Position numbers and translations under genes: made by a program. This document shows positions 16,743-26,483 of a DNA stretch of 45,428 bases, in pieces. This stretch comes from a virus. Taxonomy: Duplodnaviria > Caudoviricetes. Below the pieces are notes generated by a model, which saw only the letters and a list, made by a program, of their open reading frames with translations, did not search any database and was not told the DNA's origin. The DNA lies in IMG/VR virus record IMGVR_UViG_3300035676_000015, positions 1 to 45,428 of that record; one strand, given 5' to 3'. Position 1 is the first letter of the stretch; the number at the start of each line of letters is the position of its first letter.

Positions 16743-17017
16743 TGCCTAGTTCACCAAATTATAAAAGAGATTACAAAGCTGAATATAAAGCATTTCATGC
16801 TAGCCCTAAAGCTAAAGCTGATAGAGCTGCTAGAAATAAAGCTTCTAGAATTAAAGGTGCTGGTCCTACTGATGTAGATCATAAAAAACCTTTACGTGCT
16901 GGAGGATCTAAAGCTTTAAGTAATACTCGTACACGTTCAGTGTCAGCTAATCGTAGTGACAATGGACATAAACCTGGTGAAAAACAAAAGAAAGCGTGTA
17001 GCTGTAAACATAAATGA
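16742..17017 (+). CDS. small HNH endonuclease (packaging-associated)
   Basis: DVDHKKPL..GG....N.......NRS; directly upstream of TerL. Confidence 0.75.
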   Translation: MPSSPNYKRDYKAEYKAFHASPKAKADRAARNKASRIKGAGPTDVDHKKPLRAGGSKALSNTRTRSVSANRSDNGHKPGEKQKKACSCKHK

Positions 17018-18522
17018 AATTAACACCTGACCTAATACATGGGTTTGCAGGTTCGATTTTAGCAAAGAGGTATGATGGAACAACCCCTACTCCGCAATGC
17101 CACCTGGAGTGGTGGGATCTCTGTTGCAGCGATAACCCTTTAGTAGCAATTGCAGCACCCCGTGCCCACGGGAAGTCAACTGCAATAACTCATGCTTACT
17201 TACTCGCTGCCCTTTTATTTAGGGATAGAAAGTTTGTTTTAATTGTTTCTGATACTGAAAACCAGGCTATTAACTTCTTAGGTGATATAACTAATGAGTT
17301 AAAGAATAATGAAGATTTAATTAACTTATTTGGTATTAAGTCTTTTATTAAAGAATCTCAAACAGATATTATTGTTGAGTTTACAGATGGTGATCAGTTT
17401 AGAGTTTTAGTACGTGGTGCTGAACAAAGAGTACGGGGTCTTAAATGGGATCAACGTCGACCTGATTTAATTATATGTGATGACTTAGAAGGCGATGAAC
17501 AAGTACAATCCAAAGACCGTAGAGAAAAGTTCCGTAGATGGTTCTACGCAGCTCTCTTACCTTGTCGCTCTCAGCACGGTATTGTTCGTATTGTTGGTAC
17601 TATCCTTCATCTGGATTCCTTATTAAATAGGTTAATGCCTCCAGAGTGTGATGGAGATTACATACAACATGAACCATTAAAAACATATTCTACCCGTAAG
17701 AAAGTAGAGTGGAGATCTGTACGATACAGGGCTCACTCAGAAGATTATAATAGTATTCTTTGGGCTGATAGATACTCAGCAGACTTCTTTAAAGATAAAA
17801 AAGAAGATTATACTAAACAGGGTATTCCTGAAGTATATGCACAAGAGTTTTTAAATTATCCAATTGATGAGTCTACAGCTTATTTTAAACGTACTGACTT
17901 TATTGAGATACCTAAGTTTACACTAGATGCAATTAAACACAAAGAAAAGAAACTTACTTACTACGCTGCAGTTGACTTTGCTATATCAACAAGAGAACGT
18001 AGCGATTATACTGTCATTGCTATTGGCGGAATTGACTCTGATGGTATCATAAACATTATTGATCTTCGTAGAGGTCGTTGGGACTCTCTAGAGATTGTTG
18101 AAGAAATGTTTGCAGTACAAAAAAAATATGACCCTCAGTACTTTGTTACTGAAAAGGGAGCAATTGAAAAGGCTTTAGGTCCTATCTTAAGAAGAGAGCA
18201 GTTAGTAAGACAAGAGTTTATGAGTTTATTACCAATGACTCCTACTAAAGATAAACAAACTAGAGCTAGATCATTCCAAGCTAGATTTAAAGCTGGAGGT
18301 GTAAAGTTTGATAAAGGTGCTCCTTGGTACCCAGATCTAGAAGAAGAAATGGTTCGCTTTCCTAAAGCTAGACATGATGACCAAGTAGATGCTTTAAGTT
18401 GGTTAGGTCTTGTAGTAGACCAAGTACAAGATGCAGACTCTCCTGAAGAGGAAGAGGAATATGAATACTTAAATTCGTTATCTCAACAACAAGATGGTAG
18501 ATCTGCCATAACAGGATACTAA
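17014..18522 (+). CDS. terL: terminase large subunit
   Basis: Walker A APRAHGKST, Walker B IICDDLE, IVGT, AVDFA, HDDQVDA. Confidence 0.95.
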   Translation: MKLTPDLIHGFAGSILAKRYDGTTPTPQCHLEWWDLCCSDNPLVAIAAPRAHGKSTAITHAYLLAALLFRDRKFVLIVSDTENQAINFLGDITNELKNNEDLINLFGIKSFIKESQTDIIVEFTDGDQFRVLVRGAEQRVRGLKWDQRRPDLIICDDLEGDEQVQSKDRREKFRRWFYAALLPCRSQHGIVRIVGTILHLDSLLNRLMPPECDGDYIQHEPLKTYSTRKKVEWRSVRYRAHSEDYNSILWADRYSADFFKDKKEDYTKQGIPEVYAQEFLNYPIDESTAYFKRTDFIEIPKFTLDAIKHKEKKLTYYAAVDFAISTRERSDYTVIAIGGIDSDGIINIIDLRRGRWDSLEIVEEMFAVQKKYDPQYFVTEKGAIEKALGPILRREQLVRQEFMSLLPMTPTKDKQTRARSFQARFKAGGVKFDKGAPWYPDLEEEMVRFPKARHDDQVDALSWLGLVVDQVQDADSPEEEEEYEYLNSLSQQQDGRSAITGY

Positions 18523-18524
18523 AT

Positions 18525-20603
18525 ATGGAATTAGATGTAAAAATTAATTTAGAGAAACTTTTATCTTCACCTAATATTGCAGAGATGTTAGATGAACATG
18601 CTTTAAATACTATTGGTGAAAGAGTTTCTTCTGAGTTTGAGACAGATAAAATGTCTAGAGGTGTATGGGAAGAACGTGTAGAAGAAGCTATGAAGCTTGC
18701 CCTACAAGTAGCAGAAGCTAAATCATTCCCTTGGTCTGGTGCTTCTAATGTTAAGTTCCCTCTTATTACAATAGCAGCTTTACAATTTCATAGCAGAGCT
18801 TATCCTGCTTTAGTTCCTAGTGGTGAGTTAGTTAAGATTGATCACGATCTTACAACAGATGAAGATCCACAAATTCAAGCTGAGAATGCAGCAAGAAACA
18901 AACGTGTCCAAAGACACATGAGTTATCAACTGCTTAAACAAGATGAATGCTGGGAATCAGAAATGGACAAGGTACTTATTACAGTACCTATTGTTGGTTG
19001 TGCATTTAAAAAGACTTATTGGGATTTTAATGAAGACCATCCTAAGTCAGAAAACATTTTAGCTAAAGACTTTGTAGTTTCTTACTGGACTAAATCTTTA
19101 AAAGATTGTGACAGACAAACTCATGTTATTTATCTATCAACAAATGATGTATTATCAAGACAACGTAGAGGCCTTTGGTTAGATGTAAATCTAGGTAACC
19201 CAATGGCTCAACCAGAAGATAACTTATCTATTGCTCAAGATAAGCAACAAGGTACAGAAAACTTCTATACAGATACAGCTACTCCATATGAGTTCTTAGA
19301 ACAACATCGTTGGGAAGATCTTGATGGTGATGGTTATAAAGAACCATACATTATTACAGTACACAGATCAAGTAAAAAAGTAGTTAGAATAGTAGCAAAC
19401 TACTTTGAATCATCAATTAAACGTAATATCAAAGGCGAAGTAATTAACATTAAACCTGAGAGTTACTTCACTAAATATTCATTCATTCCTTCACCAGACG
19501 GTGGTTACTATGACATCGGTTTTGGTATTCTTTTAGGACCACTAAATGAGTCTATTAATACTATTATTAATCAGCTTATTGATACTGGTACGATGTCTAA
19601 TACTGCTGGAGGATTCCTTTCAAGAGGAATTAAGGTTAGAGGTGGTAATTATAATTTTGCTCCTCTTGAGTGGAAGCATGTTGATTCTACTGGAGAAGAC
19701 CTAGCAAAAGGTATTTATCCATTACCAGTTCGTGAACCTTCACAAGTTTTATTTACATTATTAACTACTTTAGTTAACTATGGTGAACGTATTGTAGGAT
19801 CTACCGACATTATGGTAGGTGAGAATGTAGGTCAAAATACACCTGCAACTACAAGTCAAACTATGGTAGACCAAGGTATGAAAGTATTCTCTGGTATTTT
19901 TAAACGTATTTACAGAGCTTTAAATGAAGAAGTTCGTAAAGTTTATAGACTTAATCAGTTATACTTACCAGAAGCTTATAAGTTTGCAGGTAATGTAGTT
20001 TTAGCATCAGACTATAAAGATGCAGCTACAGACTTAAGACCTGCAGCAGATCCACAAGTTATTTCTGATACACAAAGATTAATGCAAGCAGAAGCATTAA
20101 AACAAACAGCATTAAGTGTACCAGGCTTTAATATTTACAATGTTATGAGACGTTACCTTGAAGCGATGAAGGTACCTAACATTGAAGAAATTCTACCTGA
20201 TCCTCAAGGTCCTAATGCAATTCCAGATAAACCGGACGTTAAGGTTCAAGTTGAACAAATCAAGGCTCAAGAACGTAAACTTTCACTTGAAACTAAGTTT
20301 AGACTTGGTATCATGAAGTTACAAAATGAAGCTAAGGTTAATGAGGCTAAGATCATTAAGATGGAAGCAGAAGCTGCTAAAGCTTACGAGGAAGCTGGTG
20401 GTGTTAGTGCAGGACATGACATTGCTATGTTACAAACTAAGTTAGGAGCTGCTAAAGCTCATCAAGATGGAATTCTTAAGTCGCTAGATATGTTAATGAA
20501 AGCAACTGAGGGAGCAGTAGAGTATGATAATAACACAACAGGAATTCCTGGATTGGGTGGAGAACCCAGTGACCAAGGCACTCAAGAAAGCCTTGCACAG
20601 TGA
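18525..20603 (+). CDS. portal protein
   Basis: 692 aa directly after TerL; FPWSGASN motif; C-terminal coiled coil. Confidence 0.85.
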   Translation: MELDVKINLEKLLSSPNIAEMLDEHALNTIGERVSSEFETDKMSRGVWEERVEEAMKLALQVAEAKSFPWSGASNVKFPLITIAALQFHSRAYPALVPSGELVKIDHDLTTDEDPQIQAENAARNKRVQRHMSYQLLKQDECWESEMDKVLITVPIVGCAFKKTYWDFNEDHPKSENILAKDFVVSYWTKSLKDCDRQTHVIYLSTNDVLSRQRRGLWLDVNLGNPMAQPEDNLSIAQDKQQGTENFYTDTATPYEFLEQHRWEDLDGDGYKEPYIITVHRSSKKVVRIVANYFESSIKRNIKGEVINIKPESYFTKYSFIPSPDGGYYDIGFGILLGPLNESINTIINQLIDTGTMSNTAGGFLSRGIKVRGGNYNFAPLEWKHVDSTGEDLAKGIYPLPVREPSQVLFTLLTTLVNYGERIVGSTDIMVGENVGQNTPATTSQTMVDQGMKVFSGIFKRIYRALNEEVRKVYRLNQLYLPEAYKFAGNVVLASDYKDAATDLRPAADPQVISDTQRLMQAEALKQTALSVPGFNIYNVMRRYLEAMKVPNIEEILPDPQGPNAIPDKPDVKVQVEQIKAQERKLSLETKFRLGIMKLQNEAKVNEAKIIKMEAEAAKAYEEAGGVSAGHDIAMLQTKLGAAKAHQDGILKSLDMLMKATEGAVEYDNNTTGIPGLGGEPSDQGTQESLAQ

Positions 20604-20748
20604 TAGGGAATATCTAAAAGAAATGATTGTTCGTGGAAACGTGGACAATGTAGAAGAAGTAAAAGGTAGATGTAACGCAGTTTTAAATATCCTTAATATT
20701 ACATATGAGGATTTAGTAGAAGGGGCAAGAGAAGATGCAAAATACTAG
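20524..20748 (+). CDS. hypothetical protein
   Basis: Small helical ORF overlapping the portal end. Confidence 0.6.
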   Translation: MIITQQEFLDWVENPVTKALKKALHSDREYLKEMIVRGNVDNVEEVKGRCNAVLNILNITYEDLVEGAREDAKY

Positions 20749-21043
20749 TGGAATTCACCCTAAGGGTCATAGAGTTTTAATACTTCCTGATCCAGTGGAA
20801 GAAGTAACACAAAGTGGTATTATTTTGTCAGTAGGTCAAGAACGAGATAGAGAAAGACTAGCACAACTAAAAGGTACTATTGTCGAATTAGGCGGTAGTG
20901 CATGGTTAGACCAACCAGAGCCATGGGCTGCTGTAGGTGATCATGTAATCTTTGGTAAATACTCTGGTTTAATCTATCAGGGAACCGATGATAAAGAGTA
21001 CCGTATCATTAATGATTTAGATGTTGTAGCAATAGTCGATTAG
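20735..21043 (+). CDS. groES: GroES/Cpn10-like co-chaperonin
   Basis: PKGHRVLI...TQSGIIL...VGDHVIFGKYSG...YRIINDLDVVA. Confidence 0.88.
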   Translation: MQNTSGIHPKGHRVLILPDPVEEVTQSGIILSVGQERDRERLAQLKGTIVELGGSAWLDQPEPWAAVGDHVIFGKYSGLIYQGTDDKEYRIINDLDVVAIVD

Positions 21044-21051
21044 GAGAAAAC

Positions 21052-21918
21052 ATGTCAGAAGAAAAGCAACAAGAAGTACAACAAGAAGAAGTAGTTGAAC
21101 AATCTGAACCTGCTGGTCTAGATCCTCAAACTGAAAAAGAAGCCCGTATATTTGGTTGGGTTCCTAAAGAAGAGTTTAGAGGTTCTGAAGAGGACTGGGT
21201 AGATGCAGATGTGTTTGTTAAACGTGGTAAGGAAATTAATCCTATTCTACGTAAGAACAATGAACTACTTATGAAGAAGTTGGATGAAAAAGCCAAAGAA
21301 ATTGACAGCATTAAAGCATCCGTAGAAGAGTTTAAAAAGTTCCAAAAGGAATCATTTGAACGTAAGACAGCAGAGTATGAGATTCAGATTGCTGAGCTTA
21401 AATCTAGAAAACGTGAAGCAATTGCAGAAGGAAATGGTGATCTAGTAGTTGATATTGATGATCAAATAGATTCACTAAAAGAAGCACAGCGTGATGCAAA
21501 GGAAGCTGCTAAAGCTAAACCTGAACCTGAACAACCTGCTCAAGCTAGTATTCCTGAAGATCCAGAATTACAAAGTTGGTTAGGTAGAAATACCTGGTTT
21601 GGTCAAGATACAGAAATGACTGATGTAGCCAATGGACTAGGAGCTTCGGTAAGAAGGCAATTTCCTCACCTTACTGGTCGTGACTTTTTAGATAAACTTG
21701 ACGATAAAGTCAAAGAGTATTTCCCACATAAATTTGCAGGAAATAAATCTAAAGGAAGTGCAGTCGATTCATCTGGTAGTGTTAGAGGATCAGGATCTAC
21801 TCAAAAGAAATCCTATGATAATCTACCCGCAGATGCAAAAGAAGCATGTGATCGATTCATTAAAAATGGATGGATTAAATCTAAACAAGAATACGTTGAC
21901 AGTTACGACTGGAGTTAA
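21052..21918 (+). CDS. capsid scaffolding protein
   Basis: Acidic coiled-coil protein between portal and capsid genes. Confidence 0.7.
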   Translation: MSEEKQQEVQQEEVVEQSEPAGLDPQTEKEARIFGWVPKEEFRGSEEDWVDADVFVKRGKEINPILRKNNELLMKKLDEKAKEIDSIKASVEEFKKFQKESFERKTAEYEIQIAELKSRKREAIAEGNGDLVVDIDDQIDSLKEAQRDAKEAAKAKPEPEQPAQASIPEDPELQSWLGRNTWFGQDTEMTDVANGLGASVRRQFPHLTGRDFLDKLDDKVKEYFPHKFAGNKSKGSAVDSSGSVRGSGSTQKKSYDNLPADAKEACDRFIKNGWIKSKQEYVDSYDWS

Positions 21919-21929
21919 GGAGAATAATT

Positions 21930-22424
21930 ATGGCTAAAGCATTAACAATTGAAGAGAAAAAAGAACAGGCACTTACAAGAACAACTAATGAACGTCCTAC
22001 ACGTGAGCGTGTTAGAAACGTATTCAATGGTACTCAAGCTAAGTTAACTGTAAATCATCAAATCCCTGGATATAAATTGCACATCTTTAATGATGAGCCA
22101 GGACGTATCCAGACCGCGATTGACGGTGGTTGGGAATTTGTACAACCCCATGAAGTAGGCGGTGTTAAAGATAGTGTTACGTCTGGTAATACAGACTTAG
22201 GAGATAAGGTTAGGTTCTTAGTAGGAACTAGTGAGAAAGGCGATGGTCTTTACGCTTACTTGTTAAAAATTAAACAAGAATGGTGGGAAGAAGATCAATC
22301 TGCTACGCAACAACGAAATGATAGAGTAGATGATGCTATTCGTGGTGGTGTAAATGTTAAAGACGGCACAAGTGCTGACGGATTCTATACTCCCCGTGAA
22401 GGTATTAAATACAATACTAAATAA
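21930..22424 (+). CDS. head-region hypothetical protein
   Basis: AAGGAG SD; position in head module. Confidence 0.7.
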   Translation: MAKALTIEEKKEQALTRTTNERPTRERVRNVFNGTQAKLTVNHQIPGYKLHIFNDEPGRIQTAIDGGWEFVQPHEVGGVKDSVTSGNTDLGDKVRFLVGTSEKGDGLYAYLLKIKQEWWEEDQSATQQRNDRVDDAIRGGVNVKDGTSADGFYTPREGIKYNTK

Positions 22425-22449
22425 ACTTTAATTTCTAAAAGGAAATAAA

Positions 22450-23073
22450 ATGGCTAACGCAAATACCCCTCGTGGGCTAAGTCCAGTAAAAACAATTACT
22501 GGCGCGGCTTGGAACGAACAGGGTAACCTATATGCTATTGCTAACGATGCTTCTAACACATACGCTATTGGTGATGTTGTTAAAGTTGCAGGCGGTAGTG
22601 ATGCTACAGGTATCCCTTATGTAACAAAAGCTGCTACTACAGATACACCAGTTGGTGTTGTTGTAGGTGTACGTGTTGCTGATCCAACAGTTTCACTTGT
22701 TGGTACAACACTTGCATTAAATACAATCTACTTACCTTTAAGTTCAGGTACTCGCTATGTTTACGTAGTTGATGATCCAAACGTTATTTTTGAAGTACAA
22801 GGTGATGCTACGGGCGTAGCTGCAGCTGACGTATTCAAGAATGCTGGTTTAACTATTACAGCTAACCAAACAACGCTTGCGATGTCTTCACCACTATCTA
22901 ACACAGTGTTGAACGCTTCTTCATTCCTTGCTATTGCATCTGCTGGATCATTAGCATTGCCATTACAAATCATTGGTTTAGTACAGGACGTAAATAATGC
23001 TCCTGGTGCTTATGCTAATGCATTGGTAAAATGGAACAAGCATCAATTCCTAAACCCAGTTGGCACAGCTTAA
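22450..23073 (+). CDS. putative capsid decoration/cement protein
   Basis: MANANTPRGL.P N-terminus, DDPNVIFEVQ; directly upstream of the capsid gene. Confidence 0.6.
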   Translation: MANANTPRGLSPVKTITGAAWNEQGNLYAIANDASNTYAIGDVVKVAGGSDATGIPYVTKAATTDTPVGVVVGVRVADPTVSLVGTTLALNTIYLPLSSGTRYVYVVDDPNVIFEVQGDATGVAAADVFKNAGLTITANQTTLAMSSPLSNTVLNASSFLAIASAGSLALPLQIIGLVQDVNNAPGAYANALVKWNKHQFLNPVGTA

Positions 23074-23090
23074 TCTAAGGAGAATATAAC

Positions 23091-24005
23091 ATGGCTGGTA
23101 TTATAACGACCGCTTCACATCCTAAGGCTCTTTGGCCAGGGATCAAAGCATGGTGGGGTCAAGTCTATGACGAACATCCTGAAGAATATTCAAAATTGTT
23201 CGATAGCGACACTTCACGTCAAAACTATGAAGAAGACGTACAACTTACAGGCTTCGGTTTAGCACCACAAAAATCTGAAGGTTCTGGAGTTATTTACGAT
23301 TCTGAAGTTCAAGGCTTCACAACACGATACACACACGTTGCTTACGCACTTGGTTATATCGTTACTAAAGAAGAATTGGATGACAATCTTTATGAGCAAG
23401 TGTCACGCCGTAGAGCTGCTGCATTAGCAATGTCTTTCCGTCAAACGAAAGAAAACGTTGGTGCAAACATCTACAACCGTGCATTTAACTCAACATACAA
23501 GGGTGGTGACGGTGTAGAATTATGTTCTACAGCACATCCTAACACATCAGGTGGTACTTTTGCTAACAAACCAGCAGTTGATGCTGACTTGTCAGAAGCT
23601 TCACTAGAAGATGCGTTAACAGCTTTAATGGGCTTCCAAAATGACCGTGGTCTCTTGATCAATGTTATGCCAAGAAGTCTTATTGTAGCTCGTCAAAACT
23701 TTTGGAATGCGCATCGTATTATGAAGTCTGCGTATACTCCATCAACAGCAAACAATGCAGTGAACGTTTTAGTAGCGACAAATGCTTTACCAGAAGGTAT
23801 TGTAATGAACCACTACTTAACATCACCAAATGCATGGTTTGTACGTACTAACATCCAAAACGGTCTTAAGTACTATAGCCGCGTTGGTATTCAATTTGAT
23901 CAAGACAATGATTTTGATACAATGAATGCTAAGGCTAAAGGTTACGAAAGATATAGCTTTGGTTGGACAGATCCTAGAGCAATCTACGGTGTTAATGGTC
24001 CTTAA
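23091..24005 (+). CDS. major capsid protein
   Basis: 304 aa, strong SD, GGDGVELCSTAHP, ERYSFGWTDPR; followed by a terminator-like hairpin. Confidence 0.85.
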   Translation: MAGIITTASHPKALWPGIKAWWGQVYDEHPEEYSKLFDSDTSRQNYEEDVQLTGFGLAPQKSEGSGVIYDSEVQGFTTRYTHVAYALGYIVTKEELDDNLYEQVSRRRAAALAMSFRQTKENVGANIYNRAFNSTYKGGDGVELCSTAHPNTSGGTFANKPAVDADLSEASLEDALTALMGFQNDRGLLINVMPRSLIVARQNFWNAHRIMKSAYTPSTANNAVNVLVATNALPEGIVMNHYLTSPNAWFVRTNIQNGLKYYSRVGIQFDQDNDFDTMNAKAKGYERYSFGWTDPRAIYGVNGP

Positions 24006-24025
24006 TTAGGACTTAAATAAGAGGT

Positions 24026-24060
24026 GGAGGAGCTTAAAACGTTCCTCCTAATCTTTTTTT
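24026..24060 (+). terminator. terminator/attenuator after the capsid gene
   Basis: GGAGGAGC-N7-GTTCCTCC, then a T7 run. Confidence 0.6.
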
Positions 24061-24070
24061 AGGAGTTTTT

Positions 24071-24139
24071 ATGTCATATCCAATTCAAGAAAAAAAGGGC
24101 AAACGTCCTCCTGTTAAACCAGGAAAATATCCACAATAA
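24071..24139 (+). CDS. 22-aa basic peptide (not in ORF track)
   Basis: AGGAG SD 5 nt upstream; MSYPIQEKKGKRPPVKPGKYPQ. Confidence 0.5.
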   Translation: MSYPIQEKKGKRPPVKPGKYPQ

Positions 24140-24208
24140 TTATTGTTCTCTGATGACGCTTAGAGATAAGCGTTGTTAAAAAACATAACAACGTCAAAGG
24201 AGATTTAC

Positions 24209-24925
24209 ATGGGTTCACCAACAAGATTTACAAGCGGTGTTGCAACCGTTGATCAACAATATCCATTAGGCAACTATCCGTTTCCTGATCCATTCCACAC
24301 AAGTGGTTCTAGTATTGAAACTACTGGTTCTACTGCTTATATTAATGATTTTAACACATTAATTGGTACTGACTATACAGTATCAGGAGCCTCTTCAACA
24401 TTTGCATTAACAAATGGTGTAGGTGGTTTAGCAGTGTTAACACCAGGAGGCACAACAACAGCAACAGCTGCATACAAACCAGCAACTTTTGTTCAATTCC
24501 AATCAGGTAAAAAACTATGGTACAATGTTCGTTTTAAAGCTTCAGCTGTATCAGGTACAAAAGCATTCTATGTAGGTTTAAGAAATGGTGCTTCAGCTAC
24601 AGAAGGTCTTTGGTTTGCTAAAGCAGCTTCATCAACTTCATTAAACTTAGTATCAACTGTTAACTCAACAGCTACTACTTTAGCAACAGGTGTTGTTACT
24701 GCAGCTGCTGATACATGGATTGAATTATCTTTTTACTACGATGGTACTGATTTACTAGTATACTCAACACATGTATTATTTTCTAGAGTATCTGAGCCTA
24801 CTATTGGTTCTACTGGTACAACATTAACTAATGCTGTATTAAGCCCAGTGTTCCAAATTACTCCAACAGCAACTGACACTTTAACTATTGACTACGTATT
24901 AGCAGCTCAAGAAGTTACAAGATAA
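24209..24925 (+). CDS. virion structural protein (beta-sandwich/lectin-like)
   Basis: AAGGAG SD before ATG 24209; Thr/Ala/Gly-rich beta composition. Confidence 0.65.
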   Translation: MGSPTRFTSGVATVDQQYPLGNYPFPDPFHTSGSSIETTGSTAYINDFNTLIGTDYTVSGASSTFALTNGVGGLAVLTPGGTTTATAAYKPATFVQFQSGKKLWYNVRFKASAVSGTKAFYVGLRNGASATEGLWFAKAASSTSLNLVSTVNSTATTLATGVVTAAADTWIELSFYYDGTDLLVYSTHVLFSRVSEPTIGSTGTTLTNAVLSPVFQITPTATDTLTIDYVLAAQEVTR

Positions 24926-24937
24926 TAGGGGGCTACC

Positions 24938-25354
24938 ATGGCTAATTCAGTTCAGATTCAAACGTTAGTTGATAGTGAACGTAATTTAGTTGTTAAATTA
25001 GTAGGTGTCTTAGACACAAGTAATGTAAGTTTAGCAACCTTAATTGACCCAGCACTTGTTGCTGCGGTTAATGCTACAGGTCTAAATGCACAACAACCTT
25101 CTAAAGTAGCAATTAAAAAAGTCACTTATGACGTAGAAGATGGCCTAGCTGTTAACCTTTATTGGGATGCCACAACAGATGTACCTATTTGGCGATTTGT
25201 CGGTAGGGGATTTGTAATGGGCGAACAAGTAGGTTTCTTACAAAACAATGCTGGTGCAGGTGTGACTGGTAAAGTTTTATATGATACAGACGGTTATGCA
25301 TCAGGAACCATCTCATTCAGTTTATTAATTGAATGTATTAAACAATGGAGTTAA
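24938..25354 (+). CDS. putative virion protein
   Basis: Position and beta-rich composition. Confidence 0.6.
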   Translation: MANSVQIQTLVDSERNLVVKLVGVLDTSNVSLATLIDPALVAAVNATGLNAQQPSKVAIKKVTYDVEDGLAVNLYWDATTDVPIWRFVGRGFVMGEQVGFLQNNAGAGVTGKVLYDTDGYASGTISFSLLIECIKQWS

Positions 25355-25355
25355 T

Positions 25356-25706
25356 ATGGAAGAAATCATAGGACTATTATTTTATGCTCGTACAGTTACA
25401 CATATTGAGCATTTAAAAACTAAGAGTTATTCTAAACATGTAGCTCTTAATACATTCTATGATGAAATCATTGATTTAGCTGATAAACTTGCAGAAGCAT
25501 ATCAAGGGGATAGAGGTCTTTTAGGATCTATCCCTCAATATGCAAAGATTCCTGATTATGCAATTGATGTCTTTTTAGAAAAACAATTAGACACAATTGA
25601 AGAATTAAGAAAACAAGATAATTATAGATCAGCACTTCAAAACATTATTGATGAAGTTGTTGATTTATATTTAAGCACTCTTTATAAACTAAGGAATTTA
25701 TCATGA
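25356..25706 (+). CDS. Dps/ferritin-like protein (DUF5856-like)
   Basis: HIEH..TKSYSKHVAL..FYD....ADKLAEAYQG; GGAG SD before ATG 25356. Confidence 0.65.
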   Translation: MEEIIGLLFYARTVTHIEHLKTKSYSKHVALNTFYDEIIDLADKLAEAYQGDRGLLGSIPQYAKIPDYAIDVFLEKQLDTIEELRKQDNYRSALQNIIDEVVDLYLSTLYKLRNLS

Positions 25707-25858
25707 TGACTTCTGAGTCTAAAGTAAAACAAATGGAAATTGCTGCAATTATTACAAGAGCAGACGGTACCATTGAAAATCTTGGAACAATTCAATATTG
25801 GCACAAGAACCCACTTAAACGTATTTTATGGAGAATTAAAAAATGGCTACACTTTTAG
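25703..25858 (+). CDS. 51-aa protein (not in ORF track)
   Basis: AAGGA SD, ATGA overlap; MMTSESKVKQMEIAAIITRADGTIENLG...WLHF. Confidence 0.6.
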   Translation: MMTSESKVKQMEIAAIITRADGTIENLGTIQYWHKNPLKRILWRIKKWLHF

Positions 25859-26217
25859 TCAACACAGGTAAAGCTGTGGTAACAAACCGTGTAAAAAACG
25901 GTGCAACTGGTGCTACAGAACCTAACTATGTTGCTTGGGGTACAGGAGCAGGTACTGCTGCTTTAACAGATACAACGCTATTTACTGAAGTTGGTACTAG
26001 AGTTGCAGGTACTTCTACACAACAAACAACATCAACAACTAATGATACTTATCGAGTTGTAGGCACATTAACAGCAGGTAGCTCATTAACTATTACTAAT
26101 GCTGGTTTATTTGATGCTTTAACATCTGGTAACTTATTTGTAAAAGGTGATTTTACTGGTCTTGCATTAGCTTCAGGCGACAGTATTCAATTTACATTTA
26201 ATACACAATTTAGTTAA
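25843..26217 (+). CDS. virion protein (fibre attachment/collar-like)
   Basis: VAWGTG...DTTLFTE...ITNAGLFDALTSGNL pattern. Confidence 0.65.
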   Translation: MATLLVNTGKAVVTNRVKNGATGATEPNYVAWGTGAGTAALTDTTLFTEVGTRVAGTSTQQTTSTTNDTYRVVGTLTAGSSLTITNAGLFDALTSGNLFVKGDFTGLALASGDSIQFTFNTQFS

Positions 26218-26222
26218 TACTC

Positions 26223-26280
26223 AAAGTGTCTATACTAGTCTTAGTTATAAACTAATTGATTTAGTATAGGCACTTTTTTT
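26223..26280 (+). terminator. long hairpin followed by a T tract
   Basis: AAAGTGTCTATACTA / TAGTATAGGCACTTT stem, then more Ts. Confidence 0.6.
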
Positions 26281-26291
26281 ATTGGAATAAC

Positions 26292-26483
26292 ATGCAAATT
26301 ATTTTCTCAATAGATACAGAACATGGAACATACACAGACGCACTTAATTTGTCTGATGATATAACTTATTCTGATGTAGAAATTGAAGCCATGAAACAAG
26401 AACGTGTTAATAACTGGATTGCTATTATTACAACACCTTCAGAAGAAATCGTTGAAACTCCAACAGAGGAAGTTACAGAGTAA
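26292..26483 (+). CDS. small acidic fibre-associated protein
   Basis: EIEAMKQERVNNW; directly before the fibre gene. Confidence 0.6.
   Translation: MQIIFSIDTEHGTYTDALNLSDDITYSDVEIEAMKQERVNNWIAIITTPSEEIVETPTEEVTE

Noticed and set aside
24150-24196. Hammerhead ribozyme (CTGATGA followed by a stem)
   Set aside because: The required GAAA after stem II is absent.
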